The translations under genes were made by a program, and so were the position numbers. A stretch of DNA of 64,000 bases. It comes from Hormiphora californensis (Eukaryota; Animalia; Ctenophora). The stretch is taken from the NCBI GenBank assembly GCA_020137815.1, contig CM035353.1, forward strand, positions 5,270,001 to 5,334,000. The letters run 5' to 3'. Shown in pieces: positions 40,097-64,000 of this stretch; position 1 is the first letter of the stretch, and the number at the start of each line of letters is the position of its first letter. The notes under the pieces are model-generated. The model ran no database searches. It was given only the letters and a program-made list of their open reading frames with translations, and was not told where the DNA came from.

Positions 40097-40448
40097 TGAG
40101 AAAGAGAGAGTGGGAGTGATGGGAAGAGAGAGATAGAGTGGGAGAGAGTGAGAGTAAAATAACGATTGATAGTTGAAGACACCACTACAAGGATGAGAGG
40201 AGATAAAAGAAAAAACCTTCAGTAGAGCTCGACTCTTGACTTAGAGAGAGAGAAGATCGTGAGATATGTGAGGAGAAAGGAGGGAGAAATACAAAGAGAA
40301 AAAAAAGTAAAGATATTCAAAGTGAAGAAGGTGAGAGAGCATGAATGAGAGTAGGGCTCTGAAAGAACTTACTCAGATTGACTTGGACCACAAAACTATA
40401 GTCCACGAGGAAGAGGGCAGGAACAAATTTGTGTAGACAATTGCTCAT
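38242..40448 (-). CDS. Orphan single-pass membrane protein; exons 40373-40448, 39891-40012, 39599-39732, 38644-39243, 38438-38533, 38242-38368 (end uncertain)
   Basis: Six phase-compatible GT-AG exons give a continuous frame with a TM segment (AVIIVSMTFFTIVVVIIHYCWY) and a 10-aa repeat (PQRAAPKSEYL, 30-bp units at ~38890-39112). Confidence 0.55.
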
Positions 40449-40665
40449 ACTCTCGGTATCCTTCTGACAGCTGAGATACTAAGAAGTGATCGATAAGTAT
40501 TAGGTACGAATCTGACTCTCTACTCAAACTGCTCAGTATATCTATATCTCTCTACTATACTCACAGTCGATACAGATGACTATAGGTCAACGTCAGAATA
40601 GTAGCTCCAATAACGTCTCGTATCTATCTCTCTTCTCTCTCTATTCTACTCTTCCTCTCTGCTCA

Positions 40666-40721
<56 letters not shown>

Positions 40722-40974
40722 CTCTCGTTTTTCTCTCTGCATGCATAATGATTATTTATGTGAACATATATATTTGATAGAATTGTTGAGAAATCTTGAA
40801 GAAGCTTAGCCAAATGAGTTTTAGTTGACCGATCGTGTCAACTATAATGGTTATTAATGAACATTAACTAATGAACATTAATCAATCATACTATTACGGG
40901 CTTGCTAGTAAACATCAATAATTAATGAACATCAATTAATGAAAATTAACCTGATTATATTCCACTTAGATAGA

Positions 40975-41664
40975 ATGACCTCTCTAGAACTCTTAACACA
41001 CCGCGAGTTGAAAGAGGAACTTATAGCACTGGGTTATACACCAAGTAAGTAGTGTGTTTGTTTGTGTGTCAGCTGTACTTTACTCTCTATTTTCACTCTG
41101 GATATAATATGAGAATCATGGGCCATGGACTCCACTCCTTTCTTCCCCTAGTAGGGGACCCCTATTATAGGGGTAGGGCCCTACCCTTCTTCCGACTCCC
41201 CCACTCCCCCACACTAATCCCTCCCCCCTCCCCAGTCCCCTTCCCCTCCTTTCTTCCCCTAGTAGGGGACCCCTACCCTACCCTTCCCTTCCTTCTTCCG
41301 ACTCCCCCACTCTACCACACTAATCCCTTCCCCAGCTGGCCCTATCACTGACACTACCCGCCGAGTGTATGAGATGAAGTTTGAAGAGCTCAGTGGGGGG
41401 CCAGGATCAGGTCCTGATGAGGAGCTATCTCACGAAGAGGAAGCATCTCAAGAGGAGGAGGAGGAGGATCTTGCGAGGGCCAGCCCGGGCCGTCTGACGA
41501 GGCCTGTTCAACGTATCAAATCCACCAGTGCTCCTGTACCGGACCCCATGCCACCAAAAGCAGCAGGAAAGCAGGAACACCAACCCAGTTGGAAGGTGCG
41601 AGTTGCTTTCTTCCTTGCCACTGCCATCGCCATCTACTTCTACCTCAACTTTATAGCAGTATGA
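40975..41664 (+). CDS. LEM-domain, C-terminally anchored inner nuclear membrane protein (emerin/LAP2-like); exons 40975-41044 and 41336-41664
   Basis: The spliced N-terminus MTSLELLTHRELKEELIALGYTP|TGPITDTTRRVYEMKFEEL matches the LEM motif. An acidic linker leads to a C-terminal TM helix VAFFLATAIAIYFYLNFIAV; ~132 aa. Confidence 0.88.
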
Positions 41665-41913
41665 AGAGGTTGGGTGTTGTCCTTTTGTAATCGTATTGGT
41701 TAGGGAACAAGAGAGGGATGAATGATGATGCATGTCAGACTGTCTTTTTCAAAATTACACACTTTTGTTAACTAATTAACATTATTTTACAATGTAATTA
41801 ATATATTATTTCTTGGTTTGAAACAACTGCCTCTTTTTATTAAACTCCCCTGCCACAACGCTGACCCCATACCACATGTCTTGATTCTCCCATGATCCCT
41901 ATTTTAGTGTAAC

Positions 41914-42804
41914 ATGGCAAAAAGAATTGGCGTAATAAGGCAGAGCGCCAGTTGTATCCTAATCAACAAATTACCGACCGGTCAGCGCTGTTCTAAAGGC
42001 ATCTTCGATTACCGGGTGTTATTCGTGAAACGCAGCCAAAATATGAAATCATGGCCGGGTGCATTAGTCTTCCCAGGTGGTAACTTGGATAAAGAGGAAA
42101 TGACGTCAGAAAGTTTCACTCCCCTTTCCTCCTTACCACGGGGACCAACACCCTGCTCGAGGGAGTTGGTTTATCGGCGTGCCGCCCTTCGTGAGCTACA
42201 GGAAGAGACATCCTACACTAACAACTCCGTGACTACCGCTGATCTCGTCCCGTGGAGTTTATGGCAAACCCCTGTTGCCCTACCAGTACGATTTAACTCC
42301 CCCATGTTCGCCCTTTTCGCTCCGTCCACAACCCCGCTGCAACCACAGGAGGGAGAAATAGAGTCGCTTCATTGGCTCTCTCCCCTGGAGCTAATCTCAA
42401 ACCCTGAACTTACTGTTGCACCTCCCCAAATTACTGACTCCCTAAAACTCTTCCCTCACCAGACATTCAGTGGGTTGAAGGAGTTTGCGGTACACAGGTA
42501 CAGGGACCACACAACACACCAATGTACACCTGTTTTAGTTAGATTTAATGACGGGATGACTGCTATTTTCCCCGGAGACTCCTTTTACGAGGAAGCAACA
42601 CGTTTGCAGTTGGCAGATTTGAAACGGCCATTGGAATTTGATTGTAGCACGACTGAGAATGAGGAAAATCAGGGTGTGTTAATGAGGTCAGTTTTGAGTA
42701 AATCTGGTGAGAGGGTGTTTAGAGGAACGGGCGATTGGGATGGCCATCCAATGAGGAAAGTTGTTGACTTAGGATCAATTAAAATTAAACAATTGGAAAA
42801 GTAG
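41914..42804 (+). CDS. NUDT19: Nudix hydrolase 19-like (acyl-CoA diphosphatase), intronless CDS
   Basis: R.SAS.IL, DYRVL.VKRS..M..WPGALVFPGG, Nudix box AALRELQEET, WS.W.TP...RF, APPQ and PGD.FY. Confidence 0.88.
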   Translation: MAKRIGVIRQSASCILINKLPTGQRCSKGIFDYRVLFVKRSQNMKSWPGALVFPGGNLDKEEMTSESFTPLSSLPRGPTPCSRELVYRRAALRELQEETSYTNNSVTTADLVPWSLWQTPVALPVRFNSPMFALFAPSTTPLQPQEGEIESLHWLSPLELISNPELTVAPPQITDSLKLFPHQTFSGLKEFAVHRYRDHTTHQCTPVLVRFNDGMTAIFPGDSFYEEATRLQLADLKRPLEFDCSTTENEENQGVLMRSVLSKSGERVFRGTGDWDGHPMRKVVDLGSIKIKQLEK

Positions 42805-43164
42805 TCAATTATTTCTTAACTTTTGGGGATGATTTTATTGATGATGTGTGTGTCTGTAAATACCGTTCGTGATATTTTTATAGATTCTTTTGTTTGTGCT
42901 CTAAATTTCTGTTTTTTCTCCTTTTATTTTAAAATGTTTCCCCTCATAATTTAGAAATGACAGATTCAATGGTCGACTGAAGGCCAACACCGGTGAAATA
43001 AGATGGGACCAGTATGACTTCCTTAGGGGGTGAGTCTAACCACCATCTTTTTTCCCTGCTCTCTCCCTCTTTTTTTTCTTTCTACTTCCTTTGCAACATT
43101 TGGTCGCTGCTCTCGGATTTACCCTTCTTGCTTTATCTTTATAGCTGTAGCGGCCCCCACCGTT

Positions 43165-44128
43165 ATGAGTGGGAATACTAGTCGAGTGAGGGTGAGTGGC
43201 AGTCTGTCATTGAATGACATTGAGCTTGAAAACATTCATGTTGAAACTGTCGAATTGATTGAGGCACTCACGGCGATGGCTGGAACACGTCCAAGTACGG
43301 GCGTGTTTAGTGGAGAATATAACGGTGCAGAAGAGAGCTTGTGGGACTCCTTGTCCACCCCTTCGAAGTATAAACTTGAAAAGGTGAGTCAGAAGGATTT
43401 AGTTGAGTGGGTGGAGATGGCAGGAAGGCTATTGATTGAGAGGGTGTACCCTGTGATGAAGAGTCAGTATAGTGTAGCTAAGAAGTGTAGTGAGGTAGAG
43501 AAGAAGTTGATGGAGCGTCAGGAGGAACTAATCTCTGCTCAAAGAGCATTGGTCGGAGCCCAGGCGCAGTTAGTGAAGCTGCAGGAGCAACTACTTGAGA
43601 AGAGGGAGCAAGTCATCACTGATGTGAAGACAACGGCAAAGGAGGAGATGCGAAGCTTCTCTACTGTTCTGAAGAAGGAGTGTGAGACATCCCTCGCTCC
43701 TCAACGGATACAGCGGGCTGTAGCTGCAGCCAGCGAGGACAGATCTTGTAACATTGTCATCTACGGACTGACTGACAGTCCTGGAGACAAAGAAGAACTA
43801 CTACCGGAGTTGTGGACAACGCTGGCAGAGAAGCCCTTGGTAAAGAGTGCTCAGCGGTTGGGGAGATTCATAGCGGGTCAGACTAAGACCCATGAAGATA
43901 TCCCTGGCAAGCAAGGAGATGCAGTCGTGTATTCTTGGTAAGAAGACACGACTTAGAGAGAGTGAAGTGTTTTCCCGAGTTTATATCTCTCCCGACCTTA
44001 CTTCTGAGGAGAGAGCGGCCCGGGCGGTCCTAGTGAAGAAGTTAAAAGAGGAGAAGGAGCGGAGCCCTGTGAAGTCGTTTAGGATCAAAGGAGGCGAGGT
44101 GGTGGAGGTCTCCTCGGGGACACAATAG
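43165..44128 (+). pseudogene. LINE ORF1-like relic (coiled coil + RRM-like + C-terminal domain) with a frameshift near 43886; no ORF2
   Basis: Coiled coil, RSCNIVIYGL, RLG and VYISPDLT.EER motifs are split over ORFs 43030-43941 and 43892-44128. Removing one A in CAGACTAAGACCC joins them (QTRPMKISL). Confidence 0.7.
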
Positions 44129-44405
44129 TACTTACTGTGAGTGCTATTCATTTAAGTTTCTTCTTTTTCATTTATTTCATTAAATTGCCTTCTTTGTTTG
44201 CTATAGTGTTCCTGTTGTTAACTATTAGACCAGCAGGAACATTCCAACGGGTCCATTACTAAAGTGGATTCCAAGCTACTTCAGCTAAACCTTGTCAAAG
44301 GTAAACTCTCTCTCTCTTGCCCCTCTCTCTATCTCTCTTTCTCACTATCTCCCCTCTCTCTTCCCCGTAGGTTCACTTCCCGACTCCTCGAGTGGCTTGT
44401 GGCGG

Positions 44406-57732
<13,327 letters not shown>

Positions 57733-58213
57733 CATGACCGTTTAGTTAAAACATCGTTTAGATCATGTTGCCATGTGGTTTCTTGTTAAGGATTGGGAGG
57801 AATTACTAAACAGTTATACAATAAGCAGTCAGTTAGGACATGTATGGATATTTTTTTAGTCTCATTTACTGAAACACGTTATCAAAATCATGATTTAAAT
57901 TGAATACCAAAGAAATTTATTATACAGTGTAGTGTGATAAAATGTAATTTTACAAAAGTCTGGATAAAATAATGCTCAAAACAATAGCCATAGTAATACA
58001 GTTGGACCCCGATTTAACGGGATGCCCAAGCGAAAGGTTTTAGCCCGGTAATTTGTGGTCTGATTGCTATCAATGTTTAGAAAATTGTTGAATGTAAAAT
58101 ACCATGAATCTCATTTGGCAGATTGTGGCCCCCCGTTTGATATGTTATATTTTCTGTCAGTAAATGTGACCTTTTCGTTTCCCTTTATTATACCAACCCC
58201 TATCACCCATTAA

Positions 58214-59516
58214 GGGTACACCTGGCGTTTTTCATCATCGAGTGCCCAACCAAATGACTTCACCAGGGTTTAGGCCATACAAAATGGACCTCAAATATGC
58301 AATTTTAGCCCTAAATTCGAATTCATATTTTTGCTACAGCCTATTTTCAAAGTGGAGTTTTTTCAACTTTTGTTGGAATTTTTAACCTCAGGACCACTTT
58401 TTTAGAGATAAAAACATTAAATTCTTGGAATTTGAAGAGAATATAAAGGTGAATAAGCCCAAAGAAGGATTTTTGAAATGGAGCTTATTTCTGGCCATGA
58501 GAACGGTTTACTTTTTTGCTTCTTTGACACGCTGGCTGAGAATGTTCCCATGCTTCATTAGAGATGAAAATCTGGAAATAGTTGCTCAAAACGATTATCT
58601 ATGTGGCCCAAAAATTTTGGAACTTTCCCGCCAAAGATGCGGTGTACAGAGCTTGTTTTGTGAAACCCGTCTTTTTGAAAAAGAGGGAAATTCCCTGTAT
58701 CTCAAAAACGGATGATCGTAGAGACCTGCGACCAAGCTTAATCGATTCAGAAGGTCCGATTTTGGGGGGGTCTTCTGAGAGACATTTTGCTCCTACTCCA
58801 ACCGTTTTTGCTGTAATTGCGAAAAACCAATTCTATGAAAAGGGGGAACAACTCTATTCCAGTAGCCTGCTTCGGGCTGATTTCCCCCTTACTTGCTAAT
58901 ACCTTTTTCACAATTACAGCAAAAACGGTTGGAGTAGGAGCAAAATGTCTCTCAGAAGACCCCCCCAAAATCGGACCTTCTGAATCGATTAAGCTTGGTC
59001 GCAGGTCTCTACGATCATCCGTTTTTGAGATACAGGGAATTTCCCTCTTTTTCAAAAAGACGGGTTTCACAAAACAAGCTCTGTACACCGCATCTTTGGC
59101 GGGAAAGTTCCAAAATTTTTGGGCCACATAGATAATCGTTTTGAGCAACTATTTCCAGATTTTCATCTCTAATGAAGCATGGGAACATTCTCAGCCAGCG
59201 TGTCAAAGAAGCAAAAAAGTAAACCGTTCTCATGGCCAGAAATAAGCTCCATTTCAAAAATCCTTCTTTGGGCTTATTCACCTTTATATTCTCTTCAAAT
59301 TCCAAGAATTTAATGTTTTTATCTCAAAAAAAGTGGTCCTGAGGTTAAAAATTCCAACAAAAGTTGAAAAAACTCCACTTTGAAAATAGGCTGTAGCAAA
59401 AATATGAATTCGAATTTAGGGCTAAAATTGCATATTTGAGGTCCATTTTGTATGGCCTAAACCCTGGTGAAGTCATTTGGTTGGGCACTCGATGATGAAA
59501 AACGCCAGGTGTACCC
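58214..59516. mobile_element. 1303-bp palindromic Kolobok-like element (copy 2; spacer inverted relative to copy 1)
   Basis: TTAA|GGGTACACC...GGTGTACCC|TTAA; same length and family as 8023-9325. Confidence 0.85.
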
Positions 59517-59856
59517 TTAAATCCCCCTGTTAAATTATATTATACTAGGGAACCCCTCAAGTAGAGCCCCCGTCGACTACAAAACTGCAAAAGTTACCAA
59601 GAACAGTGAGAATCACCCTTGTGCACGATTTTTAGACGTTTTACGTCATAACTCGGCCATTTCTCAACCATTTTCTCCAAGGAGCACCCCTCTCACCCGC
59701 TGCACCAACCCGCACGTGCAGCCTTCAATCACCCGCTGCGTAGGGGCTATGACACCTTGGCAACCCCCTCTATTTGTACGTGTAGATACTCCATCATACT
59801 CCTCACTACGACGTTCATCCCTAGCTCTAACCTATAATATCCCCCTGTTAAATAGG

Positions 59857-60949
59857 ATGGTACTAGTGAGACGAGCTGACCATGCTGGATCTTGGTACAG
59901 CAGTAGTAAAACTAAACTTGGTAAGTACATTCATCCCCTGTCAGGCCAATGCTCTGACCACAGTTCTCGCGCGCTCCGCGAATGGGTCAGGCCAATGGGT
60001 CAGGCCAATGCTCTGACAGTTCATCCCCACCCTTTCTTTCTACAATATATCCGATCCGATTGCTAATAGTGCAACCATCCAAAGAAATGTATGCAGGGAT
60101 ATGTAGTTAGATGTGATTTGCTCTTGGCTAGACCAGTTCTATATGCAGTTTTATATGCAGAGTCTCGCCTTAACCAAGACGAACAGTATAACTATACTTA
60201 AACCCGATTAACTGGGATAACGGGCGACAGGGGCGCTGCACTGGCCACTGGCCTCAACTCAGGCCCTGTCGAGTTGAGGCCAGTGCATGGGGCCTGATTC
60301 ATGGTTTAGTATAAGAGTGTAATATCCAATATATCCTACAGATAGAGAACTGAGTGACTGGTTGGCGGCAGCTACGCCTGATACAAAACACTACTCAGCC
60401 AAAGCAATAATTTCCCCGCACGCAGGTGAAGTCAGATTGTTTTTAAAGTTGTCACCCCCAAATGCACGCCTAGATGTGAAATTTATCATTTTGACGTGCA
60501 CAGTGCATACGCAAAAACCAGCACACGAGAATTGGGGGCCACAAAATTAAAAAATCTGATTTTATTTAAGTATTCAAATGGCTGCAGCTCATTCAGTTGA
60601 TAATTTGTAACATATGGATTCATGATTTCTGTATAGTTTTAGATGGAAGACCTTTTTGTCTTTTTTGGAAGCTTGTTCATCCACCCTGCCATCATTTCAG
60701 GGTTAGCTTATTGTGGTAAAACAGGCGCATACGGATTCAAGTGCATCAATCCCTCTACGACTACACGAATAATTGTGCTGGGACCGAGTCACAACAAATA
60801 TCTGACAGGTATAACAGTTGAGAGGGATATATTATAATATCTTCATGTTGATTTGATTCAGTATACCGTACTGAGTACGGCGCTTTTGCCTCAGAGGTAA
60901 GATTATGAATAAGAGAGAGGGAGAGAGAAACGAGAGAAAGTTTCTCAGA

Positions 60950-60994
<45 letters not shown>

Positions 60995-62833
60995 CAAGAG
61001 AGAACCAAGAGAGAGAAACAAGAGATAGAGAGAGACGAGTAGTAAAGTGGTATATCAAATGAGACGAGTTATCTAGTTCTATGTGGTTGAGACACAGACA
61101 AGTTTAACAACCCAGGGTTTGATGGTTTACTAAAGCGGAGTACTGTCTCAAAGCAGGGCAATAAAATACTGGGTGAAGGGCGTAATTAGTATAAAGAGAG
61201 GGGGTGAGGAAGTGGTAAAGGAAGGACATGTATGGTCGGAGGGGATTCGAAAACTGTCAGGCCAATGCTCTGACCATAGCTCTGGCGCACTCCGCTAAAT
61301 GAGAATAAAGTCAGGCCAAAGCTCTGAAAGTTGAGTGGGTATTGGGTAATCAATCAATCATTCATTCATTGGGTAATTCCAGTTTAACCGACTCAATTTA
61401 TTGAACCCTGGTTTTTAAGAAATAAGAAGATAGGAACCGCTCACTTACTCACTATATCAAACCCTCTAAATATCCTCTCCATGTTTAGGTTGTGCGTTGA
61501 GTAAGTGTGTGAAGTTTGAGACGCCCCTCTACGATTTGGTTGCAGACACTGCCACAGTCAAGGAACTCTACAAATCGGAGATGTTTTCCGATTTTGAGGT
61601 ACAGCTCGTTTAGATCATGGTATGGGTCTTGCCAGTGCTGCAGTGGTGATATATTTGATCTCTATTATAATTTTTTTTTTTTACAATTATACTATACTAT
61701 TTACTTTTATATTTATTTACAATTATACTATACTATTTACTATTATAATTTGGAGATGAACGTCGTCGAAGTCGTCCGTTCAGTGCGTTGTTAGGAGACG
61801 GTGCTCCTTCATAAAACACTTCATATGACCAAAGCTGTAAAGCTGTTGCTCACACTTTTGGAACTTCCGGTGGAAGTTTGTTAATATTTTCGAATGAATT
61901 TCAACAATTCAGTCCCCATAGTTACCATTCCAGTTGCCATGGCAACCGTGTTATTGACGTTGAAAGGGGCGAAAAGAACCACCCGGCGAAGCCGAGTGGG
62001 TTGTCAAAAAGCCCTTACTTAAGGCGCGCCCAATGGGTGTGCTAGTTCAGTAAATTTAGGACCCGTAAATCGAGATTGTTACTATATCAGTGTACATGTT
62101 CAGGTGTTATAATAGTTGTTACTATATCAGTGTACATGTTCAGGTCCAGGACGATGAGACAGAACACAGCCTGGAAATGCAATATCCATACATCGCCAAG
62201 GTAGATCAAGATGGTATTTGTTATGTTCTAACCCTCCTTACATTTGGGCGGGGCGTGCGAAACACAGTCTAGCTAGGCAAGATGGTATAATAGATGGGAA
62301 CCCGGAGAATATCATTCGTTAACCATGATCTATCCAGCTATTTACAGAAATCAGAATCTGTGTCAACAACGGAAGTTGACAGCTTCGTTTTAATATGAAT
62401 TTATTTTGCAAAACAACTCCACTCGCCCTGAACGAATTACTAACCATGCTTTCCCTGCAGGTCATGGAAAACTACAGGGACGCCTTTAAAATCGTTTCTG
62501 TCATAGTGGGTGACGTCACGCTTGATCTTGGTCGAAAATATGCCAAGGTTAGTTACGCAAATGTAGTCTTACTGTAATTCTGCACCTGCAGCGTTGTAAC
62601 TGCATCGAGCGACGATATATAAACAATTTTATTTTACACGAATCTATTTTACACGACTCTATTTTACTCTATATTTCACATCTAGGTGTTCCAACCACTG
62701 CTAGCGGACCCTGGTACTGTGTTTGTTGTGTCCTCTGATTTCTGTCACTGGGGCAGCAGGTTCAGATACTGCCACACGGAGGGACCACCTGACCTCCCCA
62801 TTTGGAGAGGAATTCAAACTCTTGATAGAATGG
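59857..62833 (+). CDS. MEMO1: MEMO1, 5' part; exons 59857-59920, 60342-60425, 60701-60808, 61489-61598, 62144-62200, 62461-62547, 62686-62833; continues beyond the window
   Basis: RRADHAGSWY, KAIISPHAG.AYCG, RIIVLGPSH, CALS...FETPLYDL, DETEHSLEMQ.PYIAKVM and FVVSSDFCHWG.RF.Y; GT-AG and phase-consistent. Confidence 0.93.
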
Positions 62834-63124
62834 GTACGTTATAATACCTGTCAATATGTAGAGCATGTCAAGCCCTGCATGCCACTACTATGACCTGATA
62901 CGGCGTATAATTGTTGAGTGTCTTTTACCGGCAAGAAATGACATATATGTCTTATAAGACATTCCCCCCCCCCCGACATCGCAATATAAGCAGCTTCAAT
63001 TCTTGAAGTTCAAGATAAAAAATATTGTTCATACTTTCTTTTTGCGGAGCATGCGACTCCGACTCCTACTCAATCATTAACATTTAATACTTGTTGGTAC
63101 TGCACATGTTCACCGGTATATAGG

Positions 63125-64000
63125 TCCATGTCACACCAAGTGTAACCAATTGTGTCGCCCTCTCCATGTCACACCAAGTGTAACCAATTGTGTCGCCCTC
63201 TCCATGTCACACCAAGTGTAACCAATTGTGTAACCCTCTCCATGTCACACCAAGTGTAACCAATTGTGTCGCCCTCTCCATGTCACACCAAGTGTAACCA
63301 ATTGTGTCGCCCTCTCCATGCCACACCAAGTGTAACCAATTGTGTCGCCCTCTCCATGTCACACCAAGTGTAACCAATTGTGTCGCCCTCTCCATGTCAC
63401 ACCAAGTGTAGCCAATTGTGTCGCCCTCTCCATGTCACACCAAGTGTAACCAATTGTGTCGCCCTCTCCATGTCACACCAAGTGTAACCAATTGTGTCGC
63501 CCTCTCCATGTCACACCAAGTGTAACCAATTGTGTCGCCCTCTCCATGTCACACCAAGTGTAACCAATTGTGTCGCCCTCTCCATGTCACACCAAGTGTA
63601 ACCAATTGTGTAACCCTCTCCATGTCACACCAAGTGTAACCAATTGTGTAACCCTCTCCATGTCACACCAAGTGTAACCAATTGTGTAACCCTCTCCATG
63701 TCACACCAAGTGTAGCCAATTGTGTCGCCCTCTCCATGTCACACCAAGTGTAACCAATTGTGTCGCCCTCTCCATGTCACACCAAGTGTAACCAATTGTG
63801 TCGCCCTCTCCATGTCACACCAAGTGTAACCAATTGTGTCGCCCTCTCCATGTCACACCAAGTGTAACCAATTGTGTCGCCCTCTCCATGTCACACCAAG
63901 TGTAACCAATTGTGTCGCCCTCTCCATGTCACACCAAGTGTAACCAATTGTGTCGCCCTCTCCATGTCACACCAAGTGTAACCAATTGTGTCGCCCTCTC
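63125..64000. repeat. 38-bp minisatellite in a MEMO1 intron, running to the window end
   Basis: Unit TCCATGTCACACCAAGTGTAACCAATTGTGTCGCCCTC. Confidence 0.95.

Noticed and set aside
63125-64000. Regular 35-52-bp repeats (also at 15205, 53535 and 11904) resembling CRISPR arrays
   Set aside because: The units are head-to-tail with no unique spacers, there are no cas genes, and the context is eukaryotic and intronic.

Overview
Eukaryotic, intron-rich and repeat-rich animal DNA. It is probably from a ctenophore (Pleurobrachia-like), inferred from recall of a ctenophore-expanded secreted domain at 49.8-51 kb and the abundant CAGTCGGACCCCGATTTACCGG MITE family. Genes were rebuilt by hand from GT-AG exons. 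Minus strand: a TMEM272-like membrane protein (partial); a 10-exon Gi-like G-alpha subunit with unusual switch-I, G5 and C-terminal residues; a secreted papain-family protein with catalytic Cys replaced by Ala, fused to 5 ShKT domains; and an orphan single-pass membrane gene. Plus strand: a LEM-domain tail-anchored protein, NUDT19, nischarin (PX+LRR, with an antisense gene nested in an intron) and MEMO1 (runs off the window end). Mobile DNA includes a 5'-truncated L2-type LINE, a CRE-like RLE retroelement fragment, a LINE ORF1 relic, and many palindromic non-autonomous DNA elements with readable TSDs (Kolobok-like TTAA, hAT 8 bp, MULE 9 bp, Sola2-like 4 bp, Tc1/pogo TA). The most striking unexplained pattern is that intronic tandem repeats in five genes are copies of the splice junction itself, forming arrays of decoy or alternative donors and acceptors. 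Most genes also have a splice acceptor just upstream of the ATG, suggesting SL trans-splicing or operon-like organisation.
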